A stretch of DNA of 64,000 bases from Eubacteriales bacterium. GTDB lineage: Bacteria; Bacillota; Clostridia; Oscillospirales; CAG-272. The notes below the pieces were generated by a model. The model was given only the letters and a program-made list of their open reading frames with translations, had not been told where the DNA came from and did no database searches. The first letter of the stretch is position 1; each line of letters starts with the position of its first letter. Shown here one piece after another: positions 9,294 through 19,323 of the stretch. Location of the stretch: assembly GCA_045645405.1 (NCBI GenBank), contig JAZRIQ010000025.1:7957-71956 (forward strand). Reading direction: 5' to 3'. Position numbers and translations under genes: made by a program.

Positions 9294-12200
9294 TGAGTGA
9301 CGTAAAATGGACAAAGGCTCAAGAGCTTTCAATTGAGCATACCGGCAGCGACCTTATTATTTCTGCCGCAGCGGGAAGCGGAAAATCAGCCACCCTTACG
9401 GAAAGAATCATCAGAAAAATCAAGGGCGGTGGAGACATATCAAAAATGCTCATCGTTACATTTACAAAGGCGGCAACCGGAGAGTTAAAAAGCAAAATAA
9501 GCTCCAGCCTTGGCAAATCCTTAAAGGAAAATCCGTCTGATGCTCATATACAAAAGCAGCTTGTCAGAGTTGGTTCTGCTGAAATTTGCACTATTGATAG
9601 CTTTTGTATGCGTCTTGTAAAGCCTAATTTTGATAAGCTGATGATTGATGCGGATTTCAGAATAGGCGACACCTCTGAAATTACTATTCTTGAACGTGAA
9701 ACAATGAATGAAATCATTGACGAACTTTATGAATGTGAGGAAAGAGATAAGGATTTTTTACTTGTCGTTGACTGTTATTCCAATATTTGGAACGAGGATT
9801 TACTTGGAAAATCACTTTTAGATTTAAGAAAAAAGCTTCTTTCTACCTCAAACGGTCTTGAAACGCTTTTGAAATTTGACAGCTGTCCTAAAAACTTCCT
9901 TGAATCCGATTACGGAGCAGTATTAAAAAGATACATTCAAGAGGGAACATATTATTTTCTGCCAATCTATGAAGATGCATTAAAGGACATAAAGGGCGAT
10001 AGCAAGGGAAAAGCTTATATTGATATTTTTGCAAAAGAAAACGACTATCTTATAAGGCTGAAAAAAGCTCTTGATAACAACAAGAGCTACGATGAGCTTA
10101 AAGAAATTGTAAGTGATATTGATTTTTTGCGTATGCCTTCCTCAAGGCTTGCTAACCAAGAAATTCCTCTTGCCTTTTACAAGGATGCAAGAGCGCACTT
10201 TAAGGACTTTGCCACGAAGCTAAAGGACGAGCTTTTTACCTCTACCGAAGGAGCAATCAAAAGCACGCTTAAGCAAAACGTTGTTATTTGCAAGGCAATT
10301 TACAATATTTTAAAGAAATTTGAAGAAGCTTTATTTAAGAAAAAGAAGCTGTTTTCTGTATATTCCTTTGATGATATTTCTAATTTCGCTTTATCTCTTT
10401 TATATGACAAGGACGGAAATATATCAGAGCTTGCCAAAAATATTGCTTCAAAATATGATGAAATTTATATTGACGAATACCAAGACACCAACTCTGTTCA
10501 AGATAAAATTTTTAAAGCGATTTCGAAAAACAACCGCTTTATGGTAGGCGATATAAAGCAAAGCATTTACCGCTTTCGTTCTGCCGAGCCTGAAATTTTC
10601 TCTTATTACAGAACACATTTTGACAAAAAAGATTGCTATACAAAAAAAAGCCTTGGCTTATCCGTTTTTATGTCAAACAATTTCAGATGTGACAAAAGCA
10701 TAATTGATTTTTCCAATCTTATTTCGAATTATATGTTTTTGAATTCCACAGGTATTCCATACGAAAGCTCCGACCAGCTTATTTATTCTAAAAATTTACC
10801 CGATGAATATAAGCACTCTGTATGCGAGATAAGTCTTATAAATTCCGATGGATTGGGCAGAAATAACGGGCCGAAATACGAGGCGGAATACGTAGCAAAG
10901 CGAATCAAATCTATGATTGAAAACGAATATTTGCCAAACGGTAAAAAAATCAAGCCCTCTCACATCGCTATTCTATTAAGAAACTATTCATCAAATCACG
11001 AATTATACAAAGACGCTCTTGAAAGATATGGGATAAATTCAAGATATGAAACCGCCGAGGACTTTTTTGAAAAGCCTCACGTTATGCTTTTTAACTGCAT
11101 TTTAAATTCGATTGACAACCCGTCAAGAGATATTTATTTAGCGGGAGCTATGAGATCTTACGTATTTGGATTTACCCTTGACGAGCTTGTGAAAATAAAA
11201 AAAGAGGCTTCTTCCTCATCTTCTCTGTATTCTGCGCTTAAAAGCTATGATAAAGACGCTTCTTTAAAGGAAAAGATTGGAGAGTTTCTAAACAGGCTCA
11301 AGGAAATAAAGTCCGCTATCAAAAAAATGACTGCTTACGAAGCGATTTCCTATATTTTCGGCAGATGCGGCATTATTTCAATGTGCAACAGCGAGGAAAA
11401 AGAGGACTTAACTCGCTTATATAATCTTGCAAGAGAATATGAATCCTCCTCTTATAAGGGGCTTTATAGCTTTTTGAAGCATATTGAAAGAATTTCCGAC
11501 AGTAAGGGGGATAAGAGCTTCAAGGGTGATAGCTCCAAAGAAAACGTTCGCATAATGACAATACACTCCTCGAAGGGACTTGAATTTGAGATTTGCTTTA
11601 TTTGTAATTTAGCAGACACGTTTAACAATTCGGATACAGGTGGCCCTATTTTATTCCAAAGGCAGTTGGGAATAGCAGGCTACGTAGGCAAAGAAGACGG
11701 TCTTACTAAATTTAAAACAATGGCAAGAAAATGTATTGCTTTGCAGCTATCAAGAGATATGCGTGATGAAGAAATGCGTATTCTATACGTTGCTATGACA
11801 AGAGCCAGAAGCAAGCTGATTCTTACAGCCTCTACCTCATCGCCGAAAAAGCATCTTGATATTATGCGCGACGGCAAGAAATACGTAACCCCTTATGTGC
11901 TATATACTGCTTCTTCTCTATATAAGTTTGTTTTTGGTGGAATTTGCGAGCCTCACACCTCCTTCGATATTAACTATATTGATGCTAATAATCTTCTTGG
12001 AGATACAAAGGTAAGCGAAACAACAACAAGCTATGACAGCAATAAAGTTAAGGAATATAAAGAAATTCTGGATAAGCGTATCAGCTTTAAATACCGGCAT
12101 AGCTATCTTGAAAAGCTGCCTTCCAAAATGAGTATTTCAAAGCTTTATCCCCAAATACTCGATGGGGAGCACAACGACGACATAGATATCAAGCCTTTAA

Positions 12201-12760
12201 AAGAAATACCGAGTTTCTTATCCTATGAGGATGAAAACGTAAAATCCAACGAAAGAGGTACTGCCACCCACGTATTTATGCAATTTTGCGATTTTAACAA
12301 GCTCATAGAAAACGGAGTTGACATGGAGCTTCAGCGCCTTAAGAATTGCTCCTTTATTTCCGAAAAGGACGCTAAAATTGTAAATACCGAGCATCTTAAT
12401 ATGTTTTTGAGGTCGGATTTATTAAAGGAATTTTTAAAGTCTAAAAAGATTATTCGTGAATTCAGATTTAACGTAATGCTTGACGCAAGTGAATTTACAG
12501 AAAATGAAGATTTAAAAAACGAGAAGGTGCTTGTTCAGGGAGTTACTGACTGTATTTATGAAAATCAGCATGGCGAGCTTATATTGGTTGATTATAAAAC
12601 GGATAACGTAAGCCTTGAAAATTATCAAAAGATTTTAACGGAGCGACACTCAACGCAGCTATTATACTACAAAAAGGCTTGCGAGCTTATGTTTGAAAAG
12701 CCGGTATCAAAGGTACTTATTTACTCGGTACCTCTTGCCAAAACGGTAGAAATACAGTAA
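9293..12760 (+). CDS. addA: helicase-exonuclease AddAB, subunit AddA
   Basis: UvrD/Rep helicase motifs (AAAGSGKS, DEYQDT) and a C-terminal RecB nuclease (GVTDCIY...VDYKTD). The start is chosen at the ATG overlapping the addB stop (TAATG), with AAGGAGGA 4 nt upstream. The track start at 9275 is less likely. Confidence 0.9.
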   Translation: MSDVKWTKAQELSIEHTGSDLIISAAAGSGKSATLTERIIRKIKGGGDISKMLIVTFTKAATGELKSKISSSLGKSLKENPSDAHIQKQLVRVGSAEICTIDSFCMRLVKPNFDKLMIDADFRIGDTSEITILERETMNEIIDELYECEERDKDFLLVVDCYSNIWNEDLLGKSLLDLRKKLLSTSNGLETLLKFDSCPKNFLESDYGAVLKRYIQEGTYYFLPIYEDALKDIKGDSKGKAYIDIFAKENDYLIRLKKALDNNKSYDELKEIVSDIDFLRMPSSRLANQEIPLAFYKDARAHFKDFATKLKDELFTSTEGAIKSTLKQNVVICKAIYNILKKFEEALFKKKKLFSVYSFDDISNFALSLLYDKDGNISELAKNIASKYDEIYIDEYQDTNSVQDKIFKAISKNNRFMVGDIKQSIYRFRSAEPEIFSYYRTHFDKKDCYTKKSLGLSVFMSNNFRCDKSIIDFSNLISNYMFLNSTGIPYESSDQLIYSKNLPDEYKHSVCEISLINSDGLGRNNGPKYEAEYVAKRIKSMIENEYLPNGKKIKPSHIAILLRNYSSNHELYKDALERYGINSRYETAEDFFEKPHVMLFNCILNSIDNPSRDIYLAGAMRSYVFGFTLDELVKIKKEASSSSSLYSALKSYDKDASLKEKIGEFLNRLKEIKSAIKKMTAYEAISYIFGRCGIISMCNSEEKEDLTRLYNLAREYESSSYKGLYSFLKHIERISDSKGDKSFKGDSSKENVRIMTIHSSKGLEFEICFICNLADTFNNSDTGGPILFQRQLGIAGYVGKEDGLTKFKTMARKCIALQLSRDMRDEEMRILYVAMTRARSKLILTASTSSPKKHLDIMRDGKKYVTPYVLYTASSLYKFVFGGICEPHTSFDINYIDANNLLGDTKVSETTTSYDSNKVKEYKEILDKRISFKYRHSYLEKLPSKMSISKLYPQILDGEHNDDIDIKPLKEIPSFLSYEDENVKSNERGTATHVFMQFCDFNKLIENGVDMELQRLKNCSFISEKDAKIVNTEHLNMFLRSDLLKEFLKSKKIIREFRFNVMLDASEFTENEDLKNEKVLVQGVTDCIYENQHGELILVDYKTDNVSLENYQKILTERHSTQLLYYKKACELMFEKPVSKVLIYSVPLAKTVEIQ

Positions 12761-12776
12761 TCGCATAGTGACAAAT

Positions 12777-12811
12777 ATAAAAAAGCAGAAATTTTAAAAT
12801 TTCTGCTTTTT
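12777..12811. terminator. bidirectional rho-independent terminator
   Basis: Stem agcagaaatt / aatttctgct with loop ttaa, flanked by an A-run and a T-run. Confidence 0.75.
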
Positions 12812-12834
12812 ATTTATAATTTTGCTGAATTTCA

Positions 12835-13683
12835 TTATTCACTTGCAAAAAGCTGCACGATAACGACCTCGGGAGGGTTATTGAAGCGAACAGGACATAG
12901 ACTATTGCCAAGCCCGCGACTTACGACCATGCTGGTGTTATCTTTCTTATACACACCCTTTACGTATTTTGGGAAAAAGCCTTGATTAGGTGCAATAACT
13001 CCACCGATGAAAGGTAAATTTGCCTGTCCTCCGTGTGCGTGACCCGTAAGAGCTACGTCTATTCCTGCGCTAACGTATTCATTAAAGACCTCGGGACGGT
13101 GACACATAACGATTACGTAACCCTCTCTTTCGACCGTGGAAAGCTCCTCTCTTACGACCTCGCTTGCATATTCAATACCTTTTGTGTTGCTCCTTAATCT
13201 TGGGTCATCAAGACCAATCAATGTGATTTTTGCTCCGTTTTTCTCTAACTCTGCTTTTTCGTTTCGCAAAACACAGACGCCTATTTCCTTTAAGGCTGCT
13301 TCAAAATCAGGATACACATTTGTTAATCTTGACTCGTGATTTCCCATAACGTAATAACAGGGAGCAATTTTTACAAGCTCCTTCGCGAAGCTTAATGAAA
13401 TATCTGTATTTGTTTTGCGGGAGTCGATAAAATCTCCCGTTATGCAAATTATATCAGGACTTTCTTCTCTAACCTTTTCAAGGATACTGTCGTACTTTTT
13501 TCTGTTATGAAAATCAGATATTTGTGCGATTTTGTAGCCGTTAAATTCGTCAGATAAATTTTTGCCTGTTATTTTATAGCTATTTACTTCTATCATACTG
13601 TTCCATAAGATTACTATTGCCGTAAATAATAGTATAATTATTACGGCAATAGAAATTTTTATAAATGTTTTTCTTTTTATCAT
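12835..13683 (-). CDS. membrane-anchored metallophosphoesterase (calcineurin-like)
   Basis: Motifs DFH, GDFID, GNHE and GHAHGG with an N-terminal TM helix. The start overlaps the GH3 stop (ATGA). Confidence 0.8.
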   Translation of the reverse strand: MIKRKTFIKISIAVIIILLFTAIVILWNSMIEVNSYKITGKNLSDEFNGYKIAQISDFHNRKKYDSILEKVREESPDIICITGDFIDSRKTNTDISLSFAKELVKIAPCYYVMGNHESRLTNVYPDFEAALKEIGVCVLRNEKAELEKNGAKITLIGLDDPRLRSNTKGIEYASEVVREELSTVEREGYVIVMCHRPEVFNEYVSAGIDVALTGHAHGGQANLPFIGGVIAPNQGFFPKYVKGVYKKDNTSMVVSRGLGNSLCPVRFNNPPEVVIVQLFASE

Positions 13684-16391
13684 ATTAAGAATTTAACACT
13701 CTTAATTGAAACGTCCGCCTTTGATGAGAAAATAAGCTTCTTATTCCAGTTCATAATTGATACGTGAGATTTCATAACTCCAATACCGCCATCAGTTCCC
13801 TTAGCAACAAAAGTGAACGCTCCTGCGTGGTCGATATTCAGATTAACAGAAATTTGAGCAAGGGACGTTAAAGGTGACGTAAACTCTATTTCAACCACGT
13901 ACTTTCCTGATTTTTCAAGCTGAATATCTATCTCATTGCCAAGAGCTACATCATTAAAAGCTGCTGCCACATTCATATTAGATGTGTCAAGATCAGAAAC
14001 GTCATATTTGAAGCCGTTTTCCTTAAAGCGCTCATAAGCGTGAGTATTCATAGCAAATTTGCAAAGATTTTTAGCGCAGAACTGAAGCTCTCCTCTTGTA
14101 AGATAGCCGTTTTCAAGACTTGCTTCCAGGTTATCCTTGTTAGTCTTTGCATTTTCCATAACCATATATATGTCATTTTGCGCTTTAATCATGCTTGCAA
14201 AATCATTTGTGCTTGTTGTACCGTCAAGATTTGTAATGTGAGCCCACCAGTCAGTCATAACAAAGCCGTCATAATTCCATTCGTCGCGAAGGATTGTTTT
14301 AGTAAGGTCGTAGTTAGATGCGGCATGGTAGCCGTTAATAGCGTTATAGGCAGTCATTATAGCCTTAACTCCGCCGTCCTTAACTGCTATTTCAAAGGGA
14401 CGCGCATAAATCTCACGGATAGCTCGTTCTGAAATTATAGAATCGTTTGTATGTCTGTACCATTCTTGACTGTTTGCCATAAAGTGCTTGATTGTAGGAT
14501 ATACGCCTACTCTGTTAAGCCCTTTAGAAATAGATGCAGCCATTGTTCCTGTAAGATATGGGTCCTCTGAAAAATACTCGAAGTTTCTACCGTTTAGCGG
14601 GCTTCTGTGAATGTTTATTCCGGGGCCTAAAATCACGTCGATTTCGTACGCTGTCATTTCAACGCCCTCTAATGCGTAGAGGTCAGAGATAAGCTCTTTA
14701 TTAAACGTACAAGCAAGGCAGGTGCCGTTTGGCATACTCGTTGCCTGCAAGCCGCTGTCCATTCTTATACCTGACGGACCGTCTGTTGTGCAAACGATAG
14801 GAATACCGAAGGATATAAGCTCTTCCGTAACACCGCCGAAGCAGGAGCCTGTACCTGGAGTAACCTTGGGACTGTTCATGCCCTCACCACGCACAAGGCA
14901 ACAAAGCTCGGTGTCATTAAGCTGAGCAATAAATTCGTCCATTGTGTTTTTACCTGTTCTTACATCCTCTAATTTGATCCCCTTATTTCCTGTATAAGGA
15001 ACCTCCTTCGGAAGATTTGCATTAACTCTATCAACAACAGAATAAGTGCGATTTGGCACGTTTTCATACACGAGGTCGCCATTTTCCGATTTTTTAAATC
15101 TCTCAAACTCTTTTGTTGGAGCCAGCGCCTCGGTGCATTTTTCAACTACGCGGGTTTCGTTTTCTATATGCGCATAAATTGCTTCGGCACTACGCACGCT
15201 ATTGCCTGCGTAAATTATATACTGACCTGCTTCAAGAACGTAAGAGGACTTGTTTCCTGTTGCCCCACTATCATCATAAGCGCGCATAGCGTCAACGTCA
15301 AACGTAATATAGAGTGTTTCTTCTTCTCCTTTTTCAAGAAGTTTTGTCTTTGCATAAGCTACAAGCTCCTTGTTGGCCTTACCCAATTTACCGTTAGGCG
15401 CACCAAAATATATCTGCACAACCTCCTTGCCTGCAACGTCTCCTTCGTTTTTAACGGTGGCACTTACTGTAATTTTTCCGTTTTCCTCGCTTGCTGTGGC
15501 TGAAATTTCAAAGCTTGTATAGGAAAGACCATAACCGAAAGGATATAAAACAGCCTCGGGCTTGAAGGTTTCAAAATAACGGTAGCCTACGTAAATATCT
15601 TCCTTATAAAGATTATATTCCTTTGCACCAAAGTTGGCAGTTGACGGATAATTTTCAATATCATACGCAATAGTGTCGGCTAATTTACCGCTTGGATTAA
15701 CCTTACCTGTTAAAATATCAGCACAGGCAAGACCGCCACACATACCGCCCTGCCATAGATAAATAACGGATTTTATATCGTATTCTTTAACCCATTTCAT
15801 ATCAATAACAGCGCCTACGTTAAGTAAAACTACCGTCTTTTCAAACACAGATGAAACCTTTTTAATAAGCTCCTCTTCCTTTGGAGCTAAAAGATAGCTT
15901 CCCTCACTTGCGGAATTATCTCTATCCTCACCTGCAGTTCTGCCTATTACTATAATGGCTACATCGCCGAATTTTCTTGCATTTTCAACGGTTTCGAGGG
16001 ATATTTCCATTTCCTCTTGGCACCAAGGCTCTTGTCCCCAGCCCTTGCCTGCGTCAAAGGGATGGTCTTTCTTCCACTCCTCATAAATATTTAAAAGCTC
16101 TTCGTTTACTTCTACGTCGCCCGTAGCTTTCAAGCTATCAACGATATTAGTTACGTATTTAACGTTTACAAGGCCGCCTGAGCCTGTTCCGCTCTTATAA
16201 TATTCTCTTTGTATTCTGCCAAATACAGACACCCTCTCGCCTTTTTTTAATGGAAGAAGGTTGTTTTTATTTTCAAGAAGGACTGCTCCCTCACTTGCGG
16301 ATATGCGTGAATAATCCTCAAGTTCCTTTATAGAATCCTTTGGCAAGCTACCTAATTCATAATTTTTATAGGTGTTGTTTTCGTATTTCAT
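13680..16391 (-). CDS. glycoside hydrolase family 3 beta-glucosidase-like enzyme with permuted domain order
   Basis: The C-terminal half carries the GH3 catalytic (beta/alpha)8 motifs (GPSGIRMD, KHFMANSQE, nucleophile context FVMTDWW). The N-terminal half carries the GH3 alpha/beta-sandwich domain and an Fn3-like domain (PFGYGLSYTSF). The start is set at the ATG at 16391, preceded by GGAGG; the track start at 16430 has no SD. Confidence 0.85.
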   Translation of the reverse strand: MKYENNTYKNYELGSLPKDSIKELEDYSRISASEGAVLLENKNNLLPLKKGERVSVFGRIQREYYKSGTGSGGLVNVKYVTNIVDSLKATGDVEVNEELLNIYEEWKKDHPFDAGKGWGQEPWCQEEMEISLETVENARKFGDVAIIVIGRTAGEDRDNSASEGSYLLAPKEEELIKKVSSVFEKTVVLLNVGAVIDMKWVKEYDIKSVIYLWQGGMCGGLACADILTGKVNPSGKLADTIAYDIENYPSTANFGAKEYNLYKEDIYVGYRYFETFKPEAVLYPFGYGLSYTSFEISATASEENGKITVSATVKNEGDVAGKEVVQIYFGAPNGKLGKANKELVAYAKTKLLEKGEEETLYITFDVDAMRAYDDSGATGNKSSYVLEAGQYIIYAGNSVRSAEAIYAHIENETRVVEKCTEALAPTKEFERFKKSENGDLVYENVPNRTYSVVDRVNANLPKEVPYTGNKGIKLEDVRTGKNTMDEFIAQLNDTELCCLVRGEGMNSPKVTPGTGSCFGGVTEELISFGIPIVCTTDGPSGIRMDSGLQATSMPNGTCLACTFNKELISDLYALEGVEMTAYEIDVILGPGINIHRSPLNGRNFEYFSEDPYLTGTMAASISKGLNRVGVYPTIKHFMANSQEWYRHTNDSIISERAIREIYARPFEIAVKDGGVKAIMTAYNAINGYHAASNYDLTKTILRDEWNYDGFVMTDWWAHITNLDGTTSTNDFASMIKAQNDIYMVMENAKTNKDNLEASLENGYLTRGELQFCAKNLCKFAMNTHAYERFKENGFKYDVSDLDTSNMNVAAAFNDVALGNEIDIQLEKSGKYVVEIEFTSPLTSLAQISVNLNIDHAGAFTFVAKGTDGGIGVMKSHVSIMNWNKKLIFSSKADVSIKSVKFLI

Positions 16392-16471
16392 TTTATACGC
16401 CTCCAAGAGTGTTTTTCTTAATTTTACCATACATTTACATAAAAAACAATATTTAACATATATTTAAAAAT

Positions 16472-16502
16472 AAAAAGCATCGCAAAAATTTGCGATGCTT
16501 TT
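16472..16502 (-). terminator. rho-independent terminator after the DUF1292 gene
   Basis: Stem agcatcgca / tgcgatgct, flanked by A and T runs. Confidence 0.7.
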
Positions 16503-16506
16503 AAAA

Positions 16507-16839
16507 TTATTCCTCGTCAGAATCGTTTTGAATGTTATCAAGGAGGCGGTTATATTCTGCGAATACAGCCTCTATTATTTCGTCGTTAAGCTCTATTTCA
16601 AATTTATCCTCGCCGTTTTCATTTCTTGACACCTTGAAAACAAGAGCCTCGTCATCAGCCATACCCTCTATAAGCTCAACCGGCTGAAGAATAGCATAAA
16701 AATTTCCCTTGTGTGCAATTCCTGCAATTTCAACGAAATCAATTTCCTCTCCATCTGCAGAAAGTAGCGTTACTATATCGTCATCTGCAAATTCATCGGG
16801 GGAAATTTCATTTTCAAAATCTTTTTCGAAGTCTTCCAT
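16507..16839 (-). CDS. DUF1292-family small acidic protein
   Basis: 110 aa and highly acidic. The core ...DGEEIDFVEIAGIAHKGNFYAILQP... is typical of the UPF0473/DUF1292 family. SD AAGGAG lies upstream. Confidence 0.6.
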   Translation of the reverse strand: MEDFEKDFENEISPDEFADDDIVTLLSADGEEIDFVEIAGIAHKGNFYAILQPVELIEGMADDEALVFKVSRNENGEDKFEIELNDEIIEAVFAEYNRLLDNIQNDSDEE

Positions 16840-16872
16840 AAATTTCTCCTTTATATTACGCCAAAGCGCTTA

Positions 16873-18090
16873 TTATATCGTAACCTTTTTGTAAGCTTTT
16901 TTACCGCGACGAACTACTAAGCCCTCGGATAACTCTTCCTTGGTATAGAGAGTTTTTATATCTGTTACCTTGTCGTTGTTTACAGTTACACCGCCCTGTT
17001 CAACAGCGCGTCTTGCCTCGCTACGGCTTGGCACAAGTCCTGCCTTTACAAGAATTGAAAGAATATCTATTTTGTTATCAATCAAATCGCTGTCAGCAAG
17101 TGACGTTGTTGGCATATCTGCATCTCCACCTGCACCAAAAATGCTCTTTGCGGCATTTTGCGCCTTAGTCGCCTCTTCATCACCGTGAACAAGCTTGGTA
17201 AGCTCGTAAGCAAGAATTTCCTTTGCGGTGTTAAGCTGAGCGCCTTCCCAAGCATCCATTTTGTCAATTTCCTCAAGAGGCAAGAAGGTGAGCATTCTTA
17301 TGCACTTAAGCACGTCAGCATCTCCAACGTTTCTCCAGTATTGATAGAAATCGTACGGTGAAGTTTTTGCAGGGTCAAGCCATACTGCACCGGACTGAGT
17401 TTTGCCCATCTTTTTGCCCTCAGAGTTCAAAAGAAGGGTTATTGTCATAGCGTGTGCGTCCTTGCCAAGCTTCTTTCTTATAAGCTCTGTTCCGCCAAGC
17501 ATATTTGACCATTGGTCATCGCCGCCGAACTGCATATTACAGCCATAACGGTTGTAAAGCTCCAAAAAGTCATAGGACTGCATAAGCATATAGTTGAATT
17601 CAAGGAATGAAAGTCCCTTTTCAAGTCTTTGCTCGTAGCATTTTGCTCTTAACATATTATTAACTGAAAAATGACAGCCAACGTCACGTATAAACTCAAC
17701 ATAGTTCAAGTCAAGAAGCCAATCGGCATTATTTACCATCATAGCCTTGTCCTCGCCAAACTCAATAAAGCGTGACATTTGCTTTTTAAAACATTCGCAG
17801 TTATGCTGAATAGTTTCCTTTGTCATCATTGAACGCATATCTGTTCTTCCTGATGGGTCACCGATATACGCTGTGCCGCCGCCGATAAGGGCGATTGGCT
17901 TATTGCCTGCCATCTGAAGTCTCTTCATTAAGCAAAGCGCCATAAAGTGACCAACGTGTAAGCTATCTGCCGTTGGGTCAAAGCCGATATAAAAAACAGC
18001 CTTGCCGTTATCTACCATTTCCTTTATTTCTGCCTCATTGGTTACCTGTGCGATAAGTCCACGGGCTACTAATTCGTCATAAATCTTCAT
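16873..18090 (-). CDS. tyrS: tyrosine--tRNA ligase
   Basis: HIGH (HVGH) and KMSKS (KMGKT) motifs and a C-terminal S4 domain. The start is set at MKIYDELV (ATG at 18090) with GAGGAC upstream; the track start at 18138 is an upstream extension. Confidence 0.9.
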   Translation of the reverse strand: MKIYDELVARGLIAQVTNEAEIKEMVDNGKAVFYIGFDPTADSLHVGHFMALCLMKRLQMAGNKPIALIGGGTAYIGDPSGRTDMRSMMTKETIQHNCECFKKQMSRFIEFGEDKAMMVNNADWLLDLNYVEFIRDVGCHFSVNNMLRAKCYEQRLEKGLSFLEFNYMLMQSYDFLELYNRYGCNMQFGGDDQWSNMLGGTELIRKKLGKDAHAMTITLLLNSEGKKMGKTQSGAVWLDPAKTSPYDFYQYWRNVGDADVLKCIRMLTFLPLEEIDKMDAWEGAQLNTAKEILAYELTKLVHGDEEATKAQNAAKSIFGAGGDADMPTTSLADSDLIDNKIDILSILVKAGLVPSRSEARRAVEQGGVTVNNDKVTDIKTLYTKEELSEGLVVRRGKKAYKKVTI

Positions 18091-18243
18091 TTTATCGTCC
18101 TCATGCAATTCAAAATAAATATAATGTAATTTTATCAAATTAAAGGGAGTTTGTCAACCATTTATTAAATTTATGGTAGTTTTTTATTTATTTTTTCTGC
18201 CTTTTATGATATAATTAAGAAAATAGTATTTTGAGAGGTATTT

Positions 18244-19221
18244 ATGACAACTTTAAATCCAATTTTTTGCGATAATATGATTATGCAGGCAAATAAGCCT
18301 TTAAGAATTTTCGGTAAGGGTGAGGGGCTTGCTTGCGTTGAATTTATGGGCAAAAGGAAAACAATTCACTCCAAGGGAACAGATTGGATGATTGAGCTTG
18401 ACGCAGTTGACTACGGCGGACCTTATGAAATTAAGGTTTTGCTTACGAACGAGTGCGTTATATTAAAAAACGTATATTTTGGTGACGTGTATTTACTTGG
18501 CGGTCAGTCTAATATGCAATTTAAGCTACACGAAAGCTCTGAGCCGAAGGAAAATTACAGAGGAAATAAAAACGTTCGTCTTTTCACAGTTGACAGAATG
18601 GAGGAGGGAGAGCGTTTTAAAACCGCTGACGGATGGGTTGAATTGACCGAAGAAACAGCACCTGACTTCTCCGCTATCGGCTATTACGTGGCGCAGGCTC
18701 TTGCAAAGGATGACAGAAAAATCGGACTTATTGCTTGCTATCAAGGCGCTTCCGTTATTCAAAGCTGGATGAGCAAGGAATACGCTCTTGTTCCGGAATT
18801 TAAAATTGAAAATCGCTTTGCTGACCACGTTTGGTTCCCTATTTGGAACGATGACGGTGTACTTTATGAAAATATGCTTGTAAAAATTATTCCTTATTCT
18901 ATGGCGAGCGTGCTTTGGTACCAGGGCGAAAGTAATGCGAGCGTTGATGAGTCAAATATTTATCTTGAATTTTTGCGCGCTTTGATTACGAATTGGCGTA
19001 AGGATTTTTCTGACGACAAGCTTGAATTTATAATTATACAGCTTGCAGACCATCTTGACAGGGCAGGCTATGCTTGGAGTAAGATTCAAGAGCAACAGCT
19101 TCTTGCTCAAGAGAAAATTCCTTACGTAAAAACCGTTGTTTGCCGCGACGTTTGCGACAATATTGACATTCACCCGAAGGAAAAGGATATTTTATCAAAA
19201 AGAATTGCCGATTTACTATAA
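18244..19221 (+). CDS. SASA-family carbohydrate esterase (sialate O-acetylesterase-like)
   Basis: The GGQSNM serine-nucleophile motif and a WYQGESN block are characteristic of SGNH/SASA (DUF303) esterases. Confidence 0.65.
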   Translation: MTTLNPIFCDNMIMQANKPLRIFGKGEGLACVEFMGKRKTIHSKGTDWMIELDAVDYGGPYEIKVLLTNECVILKNVYFGDVYLLGGQSNMQFKLHESSEPKENYRGNKNVRLFTVDRMEEGERFKTADGWVELTEETAPDFSAIGYYVAQALAKDDRKIGLIACYQGASVIQSWMSKEYALVPEFKIENRFADHVWFPIWNDDGVLYENMLVKIIPYSMASVLWYQGESNASVDESNIYLEFLRALITNWRKDFSDDKLEFIIIQLADHLDRAGYAWSKIQEQQLLAQEKIPYVKTVVCRDVCDNIDIHPKEKDILSKRIADLL

Positions 19222-19238
19222 AAAGTGTAAAAAAGATA

Positions 19239-19267
19239 TTGCAACAGATATGCTTTTATGGTATAAT
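19239..19267 (+). promoter_or_regulatory. sigma-A promoter with extended -10 (TTGCAA-17-TGgTATAAT)
   Basis: -35 at 19239-19244 and -10 at 19262-19267 with TG at -15/-14, about 55 nt upstream of pck. Confidence 0.55.
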
Positions 19268-19323
19268 ACAATAGATAAAATTTGGCATTAAATTTTATAA
19301 ATATTTTGAAAGAGGTATAGATT

